From: a virus
Reading direction: 5' to 3' (one strand)
Virus record (IMG/VR): IMGVR_UViG_3300018432_000014
Span: 1-64,000 of that record
Length of the DNA stretch: 64,000 bases
The notes beneath the pieces are model-generated. The model was not told the DNA's origin, ran no database searches, and worked only from the letters and a program-made list of their open reading frames with translations. Position numbers and translations under genes: made by a program. Shown here piece after piece: positions 31,510 through 40,248 of the stretch (its first letter is position 1; every line of letters starts with the position of its first letter).

Positions 31510-31800
31510 GCCCGGATTCGCGGCCCGGATGTGCGAAGAAGGGCAGCATGTGCGCGCGCGAGAGAGGATCCGAGCGGGATCCCCGTCGGCGGGCCCGCGC
31601 CGCTCGAGACCGCGCCGGGGGAACATCCGATCGCGGCCGAGCACGGGCCCTCGAGCCCGCGTGCGACCTGCGACCGCGCCGACCTTGCCGAGCCCGCGCC
31701 GGCTTGTGCCCGGGCCCCTCGAGCCCGCACGGGCCCGCGCCGGGGCATCTTGCGACCGCGCCGCTCGAGAGGCCCGCGCCCCTCGAGCCCGGGGCTCGTC
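31510..31800. repeat. Non-coding GC-rich tract of GGCCCGCGCCG / CTCGAG units
   Basis: Many degenerate copies; the same units recur at 33915-34070, 35710-35800, 47340-47390 and 50670-50830. Confidence 0.75.
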
Positions 31801-32043
31801 TCAGACCGCCTTGAGCTTGCGGCCGACCGCGATCACCTCTTGACGCATGCCGTATCGCAGTTGCGAGAGCAGATTGCGCGACCATTCGGTATCGCGAATC
31901 GCGAGCAACGTCGCTGCGAGCTTCTCGACCGAGGCGTAACCCGCGCCGCTTCCGTCGCCCTCGCCATCCTCGCCCGCTGCGTTGACGCATCCGACGAGAT
32001 TCGTTGCCGTGTTCTTGAGAGCGTTGAGGTTCGTCTTGTTCAC
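31801..32043 (-). CDS. Cassette gene, hypothetical 80 aa
   Basis: GTG start 6 nt after the class II -10 box. Confidence 0.7.
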   Translation of the reverse strand: MNKTNLNALKNTATNLVGCVNAAGEDGEGDGSGAGYASVEKLAATLLAIRDTEWSRNLLSQLRYGMRQEVIAVGRKLKAV

Positions 32044-32049
32044 ACCCTA

Positions 32050-32078
32050 AGCATGCCGGATCCGGGACACTAAGACAA
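32050..32078 (-). promoter_or_regulatory. Class II promoter
   Basis: TTGTCT-17(tagtgtcccggatccgg)-CATGCT-6-GTG. Confidence 0.65.
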
Positions 32079-32123
32079 GAGCAGAGGCCCGATCCCGAGC
32101 CGATCATGCGGGTCGTGTAGGTA

Positions 32124-32162
32124 TGAAATACCGCTTGCGTCTTTCAAGGCCGGAGCTAGAGT
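32124..32162 (+). promoter_or_regulatory. Class I element copy 3
   Basis: TGAAATACCGCTTGCGTCTTTCAAGGCCGGAGCTAGAGT; ATG 48 nt from its start. Confidence 0.85.
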
Positions 32163-32171
32163 CAAAAACAG

Positions 32172-32474
32172 ATGGACACCAACGAAACAACGCAGTCGTT
32201 TGAGGCAACTGTCGAGGCATATGTTGCCGCTCTCAATGCTCGTGCGAACGAGCTGATCGCAGCCGGAAAGGCGCCTCTTTACCTGAGCTTCGGCTTCACG
32301 ATGGGGCCAAAGCACGCGCGGATCTTCGCGAATCACGGCGGCACGAGCCGCAGCTCGCGCGCCTTTTTCAGCCGAGACGGCCTGATCCGTCGCGCCGACA
32401 GCTGGAAAGCGGCGGGTCGGATCCTCGGCAAGCATGACAGCGCCGACGCTTTCGCCTACATCTTCGGTCGTTGA
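32172..32474 (+). CDS. Cassette gene, hypothetical 100 aa
   Basis: Follows class I copy 3; GLIRRADSWKAA motif. Confidence 0.75.
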   Translation: MDTNETTQSFEATVEAYVAALNARANELIAAGKAPLYLSFGFTMGPKHARIFANHGGTSRSSRAFFSRDGLIRRADSWKAAGRILGKHDSADAFAYIFGR

Positions 32475-32527
32475 TCCGCGCCGGGGCCCTCTTGAGAGGG
32501 CCCGCGCAGACAATCGACCCGCGCCGG

Positions 32528-32566
32528 TGAAATACCGCTAGCGCTTTTCAAGCGCTCAGCTAGAGT
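32528..32566 (+). promoter_or_regulatory. Class I element copy 4
   Basis: 45 nt before GTG 32573. Confidence 0.9.
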
Positions 32567-32572
32567 CAAGAC

Positions 32573-32860
32573 GTGGACAAGAAGACGACAACGAAATCGA
32601 AGAAGTTGCAGATCGTGCTCGCGAAACTCGTCGACGATGTGCGGGTGATTGATCCCGGTGCTCGCGACCTCGGGATCGGGCCGAAGTTCGAGGCGATCAA
32701 GCGGCCTGTCGCGCTAGTTTGGATTCGCAGCGGCACCGGCGCCGACCTCGAAAAGGCGCAGAAGTTCGCGCCGACCGAGGGTTACACGGTCTTTGTGTAC
32801 GCGCCGACCGAGCGCAACCCGCTCGACCGAGCCCGCGCCGACATTGCGGCGACCGCCTGA
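32573..32860 (+). CDS. Cassette gene, hypothetical 95 aa
   Basis: Start fixed by the class I spacing. Confidence 0.75.
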   Translation: MDKKTTTKSKKLQIVLAKLVDDVRVIDPGARDLGIGPKFEAIKRPVALVWIRSGTGADLEKAQKFAPTEGYTVFVYAPTERNPLDRARADIAATA

Positions 32861-32872
32861 GCCGAGGCCCGC

Positions 32873-32895
32873 GCCGCTCGAGATTCTCGAGCGGC
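32873..32895. repeat. Linker hairpin GCCGCTCGAGA-W-TCTCGAGCGGC (also at 34432-34454 and 51457-51479)
   Basis: 11-bp perfect arms; lies between a stop codon and the next class I element in all three copies. Confidence 0.85.
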
Positions 32896-32907
32896 TGCCG
32901 GGAGTTG

Positions 32908-32946
32908 TGAAATACCGCTAGCGCTTTTCAAGATGCGAGCTAGGAT
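32908..32946 (+). promoter_or_regulatory. Class I element copy 5
   Basis: -10 box TAGGAT; 45 nt before ATG 32953. Confidence 0.9.
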
Positions 32947-32952
32947 CTAGGC

Positions 32953-33102
32953 ATGGACAACGCAGTAACACGGTACGAGATCGCGGTCGCCAAGATGAAA
33001 GACGCGGAAGCGCGCAACCTGTCACGCACGACGATCGCCAAGCGTTGGCGCGAAGTTTTCGCGGCAGAAGACGCTCTGAAAGCTCGCGATTTCTACCGCT
33101 GA
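32953..33102 (+). CDS. Cassette gene, 49 aa (MDNAVTRYEIAVAKMKDAEARNLSRTTIAKRWREVFAAEDALKARDFYR)
   Basis: Translated by hand; missing from the ORF track; start at the conserved 45-nt position. Confidence 0.75.
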   Translation: MDNAVTRYEIAVAKMKDAEARNLSRTTIAKRWREVFAAEDALKARDFYR

Positions 33103-33139
33103 AAACACCGGGGCCCTCTCGAGGGCCCGCGCCGCTCGG

Positions 33140-33159
33140 GTGTAGCCCCGGGGCCACAC
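33140..33159. repeat. Dispersed palindrome copy (GTGTAGCCCCGGGGCCACAC)
   Basis: Inside a cassette linker. Confidence 0.85.
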
Positions 33160-33181
33160 GGCAGCAATCGACCCGCGCCGG

Positions 33182-33220
33182 TGAAATACCGCTAGCGCTT
33201 TTCAAGACCTGAGCTAGAGT
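33182..33220 (+). promoter_or_regulatory. Class I element copy 6 (consensus)
   Basis: TGAAATACCGCTAGCGCTTTTCAAGACCTGAGCTAGAGT; 45 nt before ATG 33227. Confidence 0.9.
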
Positions 33221-33226
33221 CAAAAC

Positions 33227-33457
33227 ATGGAAACGAAATCGACCCGCGCCGCTAGGTTCGACGCTCTTCTTGCGGCAGCTGCCGCCCGCACACCGGGATA
33301 CGCTGCAGCCGCCGCCCGTTGCGCGGCAGAAAACGCCGCTCTCAAGACGCGCGACCTCGCCGACGCACATCGTGCGAGCCGTAGCCCGCGACCCGACGGC
33401 GGCGAGGATGACGGTTGGGGTGACTATTGCTCGCCCCGATCGGCTTTCGAGGTGTGA
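33227..33457 (+). CDS. Cassette gene, hypothetical 76 aa
   Basis: Its TGA stop is the first triplet of class I copy 7. Confidence 0.7.
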   Translation: METKSTRAARFDALLAAAAARTPGYAAAAARCAAENAALKTRDLADAHRASRSPRPDGGEDDGWGDYCSPRSAFEV

Positions 33458-33493
33458 AATACCGCTAGCGCTTTTCAAGACCTGAGCTAGGAT
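33455..33493 (+). promoter_or_regulatory. Class I element copy 7
   Basis: 45 nt before ATG 33500. Confidence 0.9.
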
Positions 33494-33499
33494 CTGAGC

Positions 33500-33721
33500 A
33501 TGGACACGAAGCAAGCCCTCAAGTTGATTTACCGCCACACACACCGCGATTCGCGCGGAACACTCTCGGATTGCAAGACGATCCTCGTCTACCGCAACGG
33601 GACCTGCCTCGTGCCGCTCGAGGCCCTCACGGCTGCCGAGATTGCCGAGCGCTTGCCGCTCGCAGAACGCCGCGAAGCCGAGCGGCTCGAGAAGATCGCA
33701 GCGAAAAAGGCGGCGAAATGA
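33500..33721 (+). CDS. Cassette gene, hypothetical 73 aa
   Basis: Start fixed by the class I spacing. Confidence 0.75.
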   Translation: MDTKQALKLIYRHTHRDSRGTLSDCKTILVYRNGTCLVPLEALTAAEIAERLPLAERREAERLEKIAAKKAAK

Positions 33722-33912
33722 TCACCCGCGCACAACTCGACTCGCACGTCTGCGACCGATCGCGATCGTGGTGGGCACACGACGCACAAGGGATCCCGCT
33801 CTGTCGGGTCTGCGACACCTGCGAGCGTGCCAAGCTCTCGCGATACCGGCCCGAGATCCTGAGCGGATACGATCAATCTGACGTCGACGAGCCGATCGAG
33901 GCAGACGACTGA
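33718..33912 (+). CDS. Small Cys-rich protein (64 aa)
   Basis: ATGA overlap with the previous gene; DAQGIPLCRVCDTC..RYRPEIL. Confidence 0.7.
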   Translation: MITRAQLDSHVCDRSRSWWAHDAQGIPLCRVCDTCERAKLSRYRPEILSGYDQSDVDEPIEADD

Positions 33913-34072
33913 TCCCGGGGCCCTCGAGCCCGTGCCGGGCCCGGCAATCGGAGCCCGGCCCTCGAGCCCGTGCCCGGCGACCCGCGCCGCTCGAGAGCTG
34001 CAGCTCGGGCCCGTGCCGACTCGAGGGCCCGCGCCGCTCGAGAAGCCCGCGCCGACAATCGACCGGGGCCGT

Positions 34073-34111
34073 TGAAATACCGCTAGCGCTTTTCAAGGCC
34101 TGAGCTAGATT
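34073..34111 (+). promoter_or_regulatory. Class I element copy 8
   Basis: -10 box TAGATT; 45 nt before ATG 34118. Confidence 0.9.
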
Positions 34112-34117
34112 CAAAAC

Positions 34118-34423
34118 ATGGCAAACGAAGTCGCAAACACCATCGTCGCGCAACTCAGCAATCGCGGTCTTTTCATGCTTGGCGCGAAAGACCTCGTCGC
34201 AGGCGAAAACAGCCTCACCTTCAAGATCGGCCGGAACAGCAAGACGATCTCGCACATCCGGATCACGCTCGATGCGAGCGACACCTACACGGTCGAGTCG
34301 ATCCGAGTGCGCAAGAGTGCGGGCGTGCCGGTCGTGCGGATCGTCGAGACCTGCGGCGACGTGTATGCGGACAGTCTCAAGCGCACGATCGAGACGTTTA
34401 CCGGCATGTACATGAGCTTGTGA
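34118..34423 (+). CDS. Cassette gene, phage-type hypothetical 101 aa
   Basis: VANTIVAQL..MLGAK..DTY..DVYAD.L..IE..TGMY.SL. Confidence 0.8.
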   Translation: MANEVANTIVAQLSNRGLFMLGAKDLVAGENSLTFKIGRNSKTISHIRITLDASDTYTVESIRVRKSAGVPVVRIVETCGDVYADSLKRTIETFTGMYMSL

Positions 34424-34466
34424 GAGGCCGCGCCGCTCGAGAATCTCGAGCGGCTGCCGGGGCTTG

Positions 34467-34488
34467 TGAAATACCGCCAGCGCTTTTC
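34467..34488 (+). promoter_or_regulatory. Class I element copy 9, truncated (palindrome only, no -10)
   Basis: TGAAATACCGCCAGCGCTTTTC runs directly into GGGCCCGCGCCG. Confidence 0.75.
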
Positions 34489-34519
34489 GGGCCCGCGCCG
34501 AAAATCGGCTCGATGGCCC

Positions 34520-34548
34520 TGGACATCAGGGCCTGCATCCGGGACCAC
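34520..34548 (+). promoter_or_regulatory. Class II promoter
   Basis: TGGACA-17(tcagggcctgcatccgg)-GACCAC-6-ATG 34555. Confidence 0.6.
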
Positions 34549-34554
34549 TAAACG

Positions 34555-34815
34555 ATGGCAAGCAAGAAAAAACCGACGGACCTCACGACTCAGATACTGA
34601 TCCAAATTCGCGATGAGATCCGGCAGACAAACGAGCGACTCGAGCGACTCGAGCGCCGGCAGACCGACTCGGAAACGCGATTGGCGACCGAGCTTGTCGC
34701 GCTCGCGAAAGCCGTCAACGATGTACGCGTGCTGATCATCGACATGCGTCAGGATCAGCGCCGCATGGAAGCGCTCGAGGAACGCGTGCTCCATGTCGAG
34801 CGCAAGGTGAGCTGA
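34555..34815 (+). CDS. Small coiled-coil protein, 86 aa
   Basis: Heptad pattern; class II promoter upstream. Confidence 0.75.
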   Translation: MASKKKPTDLTTQILIQIRDEIRQTNERLERLERRQTDSETRLATELVALAKAVNDVRVLIIDMRQDQRRMEALEERVLHVERKVS

Positions 34816-34839
34816 TTCTCGAGCGGTCTCGAGCGGTTG

Positions 34840-34878
34840 TGAAATACCGCTAGCGCTTTTCAAAGACCGAGCTAAGCT
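34840..34878 (+). promoter_or_regulatory. Class I element copy 10
   Basis: -10 box TAAGCT; 45 nt before ATG 34885. Confidence 0.9.
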
Positions 34879-34884
34879 CTGGTT

Positions 34885-35061
34885 ATGACAACGACGAGCA
34901 ACGCGAAGACCTGGATTGTGGCCGAGTATCGCAACGACGACTTTTTCGGGCAGACCGAGAACCTCACTCAGAAAGAGGCGACCGACCTCGCAAACAAGAT
35001 GAGGGCAGCCGGTCTCGAGGTGACGATCGCAGACGGCCCGGGCGACCTCGAGAGCTTCTGA
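34885..35061 (+). CDS. Cassette gene, 58 aa (MTTTSNAKTWIVAEYRNDDFFGQTENLTQKEATDLANKMRAAGLEVTIADGPGDLESF)
   Basis: Translated by hand; missing from the ORF track. Confidence 0.75.
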   Translation: MTTTSNAKTWIVAEYRNDDFFGQTENLTQKEATDLANKMRAAGLEVTIADGPGDLESF

Positions 35062-35123
35062 GACCCGATCGGGCCCGGCAAACACCGGGCCCGCGCCGTT
35101 TCCGAGCCGCGCAGACGACCTCG

Positions 35124-35162
35124 TGAAATACAGCTAGCGCTTTTCAAGACTTGAGCTAGAGT
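35124..35162 (+). promoter_or_regulatory. Class I element copy 11 (TACAGC variant)
   Basis: 45 nt before ATG 35169. Confidence 0.9.
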
Positions 35163-35168
35163 CAACTC

Positions 35169-35708
35169 ATGGACAGCAACGCAACCGAGATGTCGACCGA
35201 GGCCAAAAAGATTCACCCTTTCGAGCGCAACGGTCTCGGGATCGCGCCCTTCAAATACGTAGGGTTCTACGTCTCGAAATACCAGGCGATCCCGGGCGAC
35301 CCGAGCTGCCCGATTCAGCCCGGCAGCTCGTGCGACCATTGCGGCACGGCGATCATGAATGTCTGCCGGATCAAGTCGGCCGACGGTCGCGAATTCAAGG
35401 TCGGATCCGACTGCGTTGGCAAGGTCGGGCGCGCGCACGATGCCGCTCTCTTGACCGCCGTCGAGGCCGCCGCCCGGAAACGTGCCGGCGCCGCTCGTAA
35501 GAGCCTCGCAGCGGCCCGCGCTGCAGAGCTGGCGACCTTGCTCGCAACCGAGACGGTCCGGGCGACCCTGGCCCTGCAGCCGCACCCGCACCCCTACCGC
35601 GCCGGGCTCGGTGACACGCTTCTCGACGCGATCGAGTTCTCGGTCAAGCGCAGCGGCGCCGCTGGCATCGCTCGCACGCTCAAGACGGTCAAGGCGCAGA
35701 TCGCCTGA
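35169..35708 (+). CDS. Cassette gene, Zn-binding hypothetical 179 aa
   Basis: CDHCGTAI..FKVGSDCV. Confidence 0.8.
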   Translation: MDSNATEMSTEAKKIHPFERNGLGIAPFKYVGFYVSKYQAIPGDPSCPIQPGSSCDHCGTAIMNVCRIKSADGREFKVGSDCVGKVGRAHDAALLTAVEAAARKRAGAARKSLAAARAAELATLLATETVRATLALQPHPHPYRAGLGDTLLDAIEFSVKRSGAAGIARTLKTVKAQIA

Positions 35709-35830
35709 CCGGGGCCCCTCTCGAGGGCCCGAGCGGCTCGAGGGCAGGAGGCCCGCTGCCCGAGCATGTCGCTCGAAATCCGCGCCGCTCGAGGGCTGCA
35801 GCGGTTCGCAGAGAAATCGACTCGGTCAGA

Positions 35831-35869
35831 TGAAATACCGCTAGCGCATTTCAAGACCTCGGCTAGGCT
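35831..35869 (+). promoter_or_regulatory. Class I element copy 12
   Basis: -10 box TAGGCT; 45 nt before ATG 35876. Confidence 0.9.
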
Positions 35870-35875
35870 CTAGAC

Positions 35876-36667
35876 ATGGACACGAACAAACCGACTCTCA
35901 GCGTGAATCTCATCGCAATCGTCGACGGCTACCTCAGCGGCAAGCGCCGCGAGAAGTTTCGCGACAGCATCTCGATTCTCAACCGCTCGCTCGCACAAGG
36001 TGCCTGGACACCGCGGGGCTCGGTCAAGGCGAGCGCTGGTTTCTATCAGGGTCTCGCGAAAAAGATCGGCAATCTTCAACCTTACGAGCTTGACGCATGC
36101 GTACGCTACGGCCAGCCGATGCGGTCGGTGACACTTACAGACGAGATGTGCATGCAACTGTCGTCGTCTCGCGTGTTGCGCGCTTGGGTCACGCTCTGCT
36201 CGGAAGTCGCTGCAGCTCGCGCGTTTCTCGATGCGGCCCGCCCGACGCCGGTTGTCACGGCGATCGGTCTCTCGCCGAAAGTCACGAAGACTCTGAAAGA
36301 CTGCAATCTCGACATCGATCTCGCGACGATCAAGCCCGCGAAGATCAGCTTTTACGAAGTGCAGGCGCGCGATAAGGCCGGCGAATTGCGGGTTGATCGC
36401 GACGGTAAGCCGGTGATGGAGCGAGTCTATTTCGTCGACTGGAGCGCGGGTTGCCTTTTCAACCGGTCGCGGTTTGCGATGGGTGACGGCTGCCACGCTT
36501 GCGGCAAGACGATCCCGAGCGGCCGATTCGTGCCGATCGAGGCGAGCTGCAAGAAGCTCGGGCAGAAGGTCGCCCTCTGGCTCGGCTGCGACTGCGCGCG
36601 GAACATCTTTGGCGTCAAGGACATCGGCATCGACAAGAATGCGAAAGCGCCGACCGCGGGCGAGTGA
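35876..36667 (+). CDS. Cassette gene, hypothetical 263 aa with C-terminal Zn motif
   Basis: CHACGKTI..WLGCDCA. Confidence 0.8.
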   Translation: MDTNKPTLSVNLIAIVDGYLSGKRREKFRDSISILNRSLAQGAWTPRGSVKASAGFYQGLAKKIGNLQPYELDACVRYGQPMRSVTLTDEMCMQLSSSRVLRAWVTLCSEVAAARAFLDAARPTPVVTAIGLSPKVTKTLKDCNLDIDLATIKPAKISFYEVQARDKAGELRVDRDGKPVMERVYFVDWSAGCLFNRSRFAMGDGCHACGKTIPSGRFVPIEASCKKLGQKVALWLGCDCARNIFGVKDIGIDKNAKAPTAGE

Positions 36668-36708
36668 AACTTTCTCGAGGGCTCGGGTCGAATATCGGCC
36701 CGAGCCTA

Positions 36709-36737
36709 TTGCATACGGGTCCCGCATCCGGGACACT
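36709..36737 (+). promoter_or_regulatory. Class II promoter
   Basis: TTGCAT-17(acgggtcccgcatccgg)-GACACT-6-ATG 36744. Confidence 0.7.
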
Positions 36738-36743
36738 AAAGGT

Positions 36744-37052
36744 ATGGATTACGTCAGCAAGACGGGGCTCGCGAAAATGCGCAAGGTCGTGAGAGAGACT
36801 CGAGCGCTTTATGCGGAGGCCCGATGGGTTGCGCTCGCAGCCGGCAGACAGGCTCGGTCGCGTGACACGAGCCGAGCCCGGCTGATCCTCGAAGACGCAC
36901 TCGACGCGGCTCTCGAGGCTCGCCAGACCATGCGGCATTACGCAGGCGTGCTTGCCAAGATGGAGGCTCTCCCGATCGAGCCGCATGCAGGTCGAGTGAG
37001 CCCGGCTGCGCTCGCTCGGCTGCGCTCGCTCGGCCGACTCAATCCGGCTTGA
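36744..37052 (+). CDS. Hypothetical 102 aa
   Basis: ATG at the class II position. Confidence 0.7.
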   Translation: MDYVSKTGLAKMRKVVRETRALYAEARWVALAAGRQARSRDTSRARLILEDALDAALEARQTMRHYAGVLAKMEALPIEPHAGRVSPAALARLRSLGRLNPA

Positions 37053-37134
37053 CCGTACACCGGACAAGGGTACACTCAATGAGTTACCGGTGTCACGGGC
37101 GTCGACAAACACCTCTACTGAAAATGAGGACGGC

Positions 37135-37500
37135 ATGACTGCAAAGAAGACTGAATCGAAGCTCAAGCCGGGCGATCGCGAAGCAGGCGAGTTTCTCGAC
37201 GAGCTTTTGGGAGGCCCGCTGACGTTTGGTGCGATGGTTCGCTCGACTCGAATGACAGACAATTTCACGCTCGCGACGTTCGCGAAGAAGCTCGGTGTGT
37301 CGCGGCAATTCGTGTGTGATGTGGAACAGGGGCGGCGCGCTGTGTCGGCTGTTACGGCTGCGAAATGGGCTCGGTTGCTTGGCTACGCAGAGGCCGTATG
37401 GATTGCGCTTGCGTTGCAAGCGTCTCTCGATGCATCCGGCCTCAAGTATCGTGTGCGCGTTGAATCAATCGCACGCTCGCGAATGCGCAAGGCGTCGTGA
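37135..37500 (+). CDS. XRE/HigA-like HTH regulator
   Basis: TLATFAKKLGVSRQFVCDVEQGRRAVS; GAGGA RBS; TTGACC-16-TACACT promoter at 37049-37076. Confidence 0.8.
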   Translation: MTAKKTESKLKPGDREAGEFLDELLGGPLTFGAMVRSTRMTDNFTLATFAKKLGVSRQFVCDVEQGRRAVSAVTAAKWARLLGYAEAVWIALALQASLDASGLKYRVRVESIARSRMRKAS

Positions 37501-37504
37501 TCCA

Positions 37505-38542
37505 GTGAGCACGCCAGCGAACATGTTCGACGCGACTCGGCTCAGTGCGAGCTACGCGTTGCAGTTTTCGAAAGCATGGTTGAGCGATCCTCTTTCGACG
37601 GCGTCTGCTCTCACCGAGCGGATTTGCGAGCGCATGCATTTCCGAAAGCCGAAGGACGATCCCGAGGCGGACGGCGCCTATCACACCGTGCTGATGAACA
37701 CGCTCATTTGCGGTCGGTGGGCCATGGCTGGGCTACCGGTTGTGACTCTCGGGCATCGTACGGCGGCGGCTCTCATGGCGACTCGGATGAAGCCGGAGGA
37801 TGCTGAGGAATTCGTGCGCGCGCCGTGGCCCGCATTCGCGATCCGGCTGCCGGTGCCGTTGCTCACGATCGAAAAGCAGGGAGTGCTACTCGACGCGAAT
37901 CTCGTGATGGTGACGAGTGTGCCGAGAGAGCATGTGCACGCGAGCGACGGCCTGCCCGGGCGCGAGAGGTGGTGGTACAAGCTCGTCGCGCTCGATTCTG
38001 AAGATCTGCCCGACGTTGCGATGATGCCGCCCGAGACGATCGGGTTTCTAGGCGGCCTCAACATTTGGGGCTTCAACATGCCGACTCGGTATCTCGCGAC
38101 GCCCGACACGAGTGACGAAGAAGGTTTCACGAGATGGGATCTTCGCGAGACGGTCTCGAGCGACCAACGCTCGGATCAGATGGTGCGATCGTTGATCATC
38201 GCATGCTGTCTGTATCTCAGCGGCGACCCGCTCTCGAGGGCCGCTCGGACAGAGGGCGAGGGCGCAGTCACGATCACGACTCGCTCGAGGGCGCAGCGAC
38301 ACGGCGACGATCTGCCGGGCTACACCGAGCACGAGATCCGATCGTCGATCAAGATCAACCTGCATCACGCGATCCGCGACTACGTCAAGCACGGCGGCGG
38401 CACACCATCGGTGCAGACGCTCGTCGCTGGCCACTGGAAACGCCAAGCTCACGGCCCGGGCCGGACCGAGCGCCGGATCATTCACGTGCAACCGTATTGG
38501 CGAGGTCCGATCGACGCGCCGGTCTCGATTCGGATCAAGTGA
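37505..38542 (+). CDS. Hypothetical phage protein
   Basis: C-terminal VAGHWKRQAHGPG..VQPYWRG motif. Confidence 0.65.
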   Translation: MSTPANMFDATRLSASYALQFSKAWLSDPLSTASALTERICERMHFRKPKDDPEADGAYHTVLMNTLICGRWAMAGLPVVTLGHRTAAALMATRMKPEDAEEFVRAPWPAFAIRLPVPLLTIEKQGVLLDANLVMVTSVPREHVHASDGLPGRERWWYKLVALDSEDLPDVAMMPPETIGFLGGLNIWGFNMPTRYLATPDTSDEEGFTRWDLRETVSSDQRSDQMVRSLIIACCLYLSGDPLSRAARTEGEGAVTITTRSRAQRHGDDLPGYTEHEIRSSIKINLHHAIRDYVKHGGGTPSVQTLVAGHWKRQAHGPGRTERRIIHVQPYWRGPIDAPVSIRIK

Positions 38543-38715
38543 CGGCCGAGATCGAAGACTCGGTGCAACCTCGTGAGTAAGGTCTCGGACGATGTGGCGG
38601 CATGGTACGCGGGGAGATCCCGCGGCGCCTCTGTCAGGTGGGTCATGAAACACCGCTGCATCGTTCTCGGCTGGCCAAGACAGGCGATCGACTTCCCGTG
38701 AATCCGTGGGCCCGC

Positions 38716-38735
38716 GTGTGGCCCCGGGATTACAC
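38716..38735. repeat. Dispersed palindrome copy (GTGTGGCCCCGGGATTACAC)
   Basis: Intergenic; exact reverse complement of the 14048 copy. Confidence 0.85.
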
Positions 38736-38766
38736 GCTCGGTTACCCTCTCGAGAGAGGTGACACC

Positions 38767-39555
38767 ATGAGCAAGGATCTGCGGTCGATCAACGAAGTAA
38801 ATGCATTGGGCGATCGCGTGTTCGGCGATCCCGGTACGACTCAGCGTGAGTGCGGAACAGTCGTCGAGGTCGACAAGACCACTCGACGGTGCCGAGTGCA
38901 GTGGGATTCGGGGCTGTCGACGTATGCCGAGCACGAGAACCTCGAGCCCGAGGATCTCAACAAGGTCGCTCGACGGCCGCTCGTACGAGCGGGCAACGTG
39001 CTCAAAGACAAGGGCCCCGACACGGCGGTTGCGACACCGACCGCGACGAAGCCCCGTGAGACGCTAGGCGGCGTCGTGCACGTCTCGGTCGGCGAAGTAC
39101 CTGCGGTCGGCGACGAGTCGGGTGTGCCGCCCGTGCAGGTCAGCAATCGGCGTGTTTCGGAGAGGCCGCGCGCAGAGGCCGCGATCGACGACGAGACCGA
39201 CTCGATTGTGCAGGGGCAACACGAGCGCGACGACGAGACGCTTCGCAAGCTCGAGGCCGGCGCCTCGAAGGGCGAGACCTCGAAGACGTCGACGGGTGAG
39301 CCTTGGAAGCCCGGCGCCGAGACCGCGAAGCTCGACACCGCGAAGGTCGAGACCGACGGCAACGTGCAGGCGCGCGAGACGCCCGACGGTGTGCAGGTGC
39401 GGAACACCCCGGACGCTCCGAATGCTGCAGCGCCCGAGGCTCAGCCGCTCGGCAAGGTCGCGATCGAAAAAGACGACGACGAGGCTGATGACGAAGACGA
39501 CGACGAGAGCACAACCGTAGTCGACGCGTCCAAGAAGCCCGCCTCGGCCGAATAG
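38767..39555 (+). CDS. Acidic, largely low-complexity protein
   Basis: GAGGT RBS before ATG 38767. Confidence 0.6.
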   Translation: MSKDLRSINEVNALGDRVFGDPGTTQRECGTVVEVDKTTRRCRVQWDSGLSTYAEHENLEPEDLNKVARRPLVRAGNVLKDKGPDTAVATPTATKPRETLGGVVHVSVGEVPAVGDESGVPPVQVSNRRVSERPRAEAAIDDETDSIVQGQHERDDETLRKLEAGASKGETSKTSTGEPWKPGAETAKLDTAKVETDGNVQARETPDGVQVRNTPDAPNAAAPEAQPLGKVAIEKDDDEADDEDDDESTTVVDASKKPASAE

Positions 39556-40248
39556 GGTCGAGAGAGTTCGGCCCGTTGCCGGGCGAGTGAACCGGCCAAC
39601 TCACGAACGGGCCTAGCCGTTGATCCCAACCCGGGATCTCTGGCGACGAAACAACATGGGTGACAGTCGGGAGAGACCGGCATTCAATCCGAGCGGCGTC
39701 CGTGCTTATCTTGCGGGGTACTAGTGCAGACTGTCACCTCGAGCGAGCCCATGACGAACGACCGAGCCAGCAACGTCATCCGGGCTCTAGCGGGCGCGTG
39801 GTGCCTGCTCATGTTGCTCGGCATACTCGCGGGCGTGCTGCGGCAGCTCGACGGCTCTGCGAGCCTCGAGCGGCGCACTGCAGCCATGATCGAGCCCGAG
39901 CCCGAGTCGCTGCGACAGGCGCGACGGCGGATCCGATCTCAAGCGGTGGTCAATGCTCGACTCGCACCCGAACTAGGTGCGAGCGAGGTGACTGCACATG
40001 AGGATCGACGACGCTGAAACGACCGACACGTTGCGCCGAGAGCGCAACGTGTATCGTGAGCTTGCAGAGCAGCAAGAGGCTGCGACCGTGAGACTCGTGA
40101 GCCATTGGCGCTCGGTTGCCGACAAGCTCTCGATATTCGAGTCGTTCGACAGAGGGGCGACGGCTGCATATCGATGCGCTGCGAACGAGCTTAGCGAAGA
40201 GTTCTCGAGTCTCAAGCCAGTCAAGGACAAGCCACTCGAGGGCAAGTC

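Noticed and set aside
32861-34470. Classical integron attC sites
   Set aside because: No RYYYAAC...GTTRRRY ends, each cassette carries its own promoter-like element, and the tyrosine recombinase looks like a phage integrase with a tRNA attP rather than IntI.
31196-35869. CRISPR array reading of the 39-bp repeats
   Set aside because: Spacers are hundreds of bp, variable in length and contain whole ORFs; copies occur in both orientations; no cas genes are present in the window.
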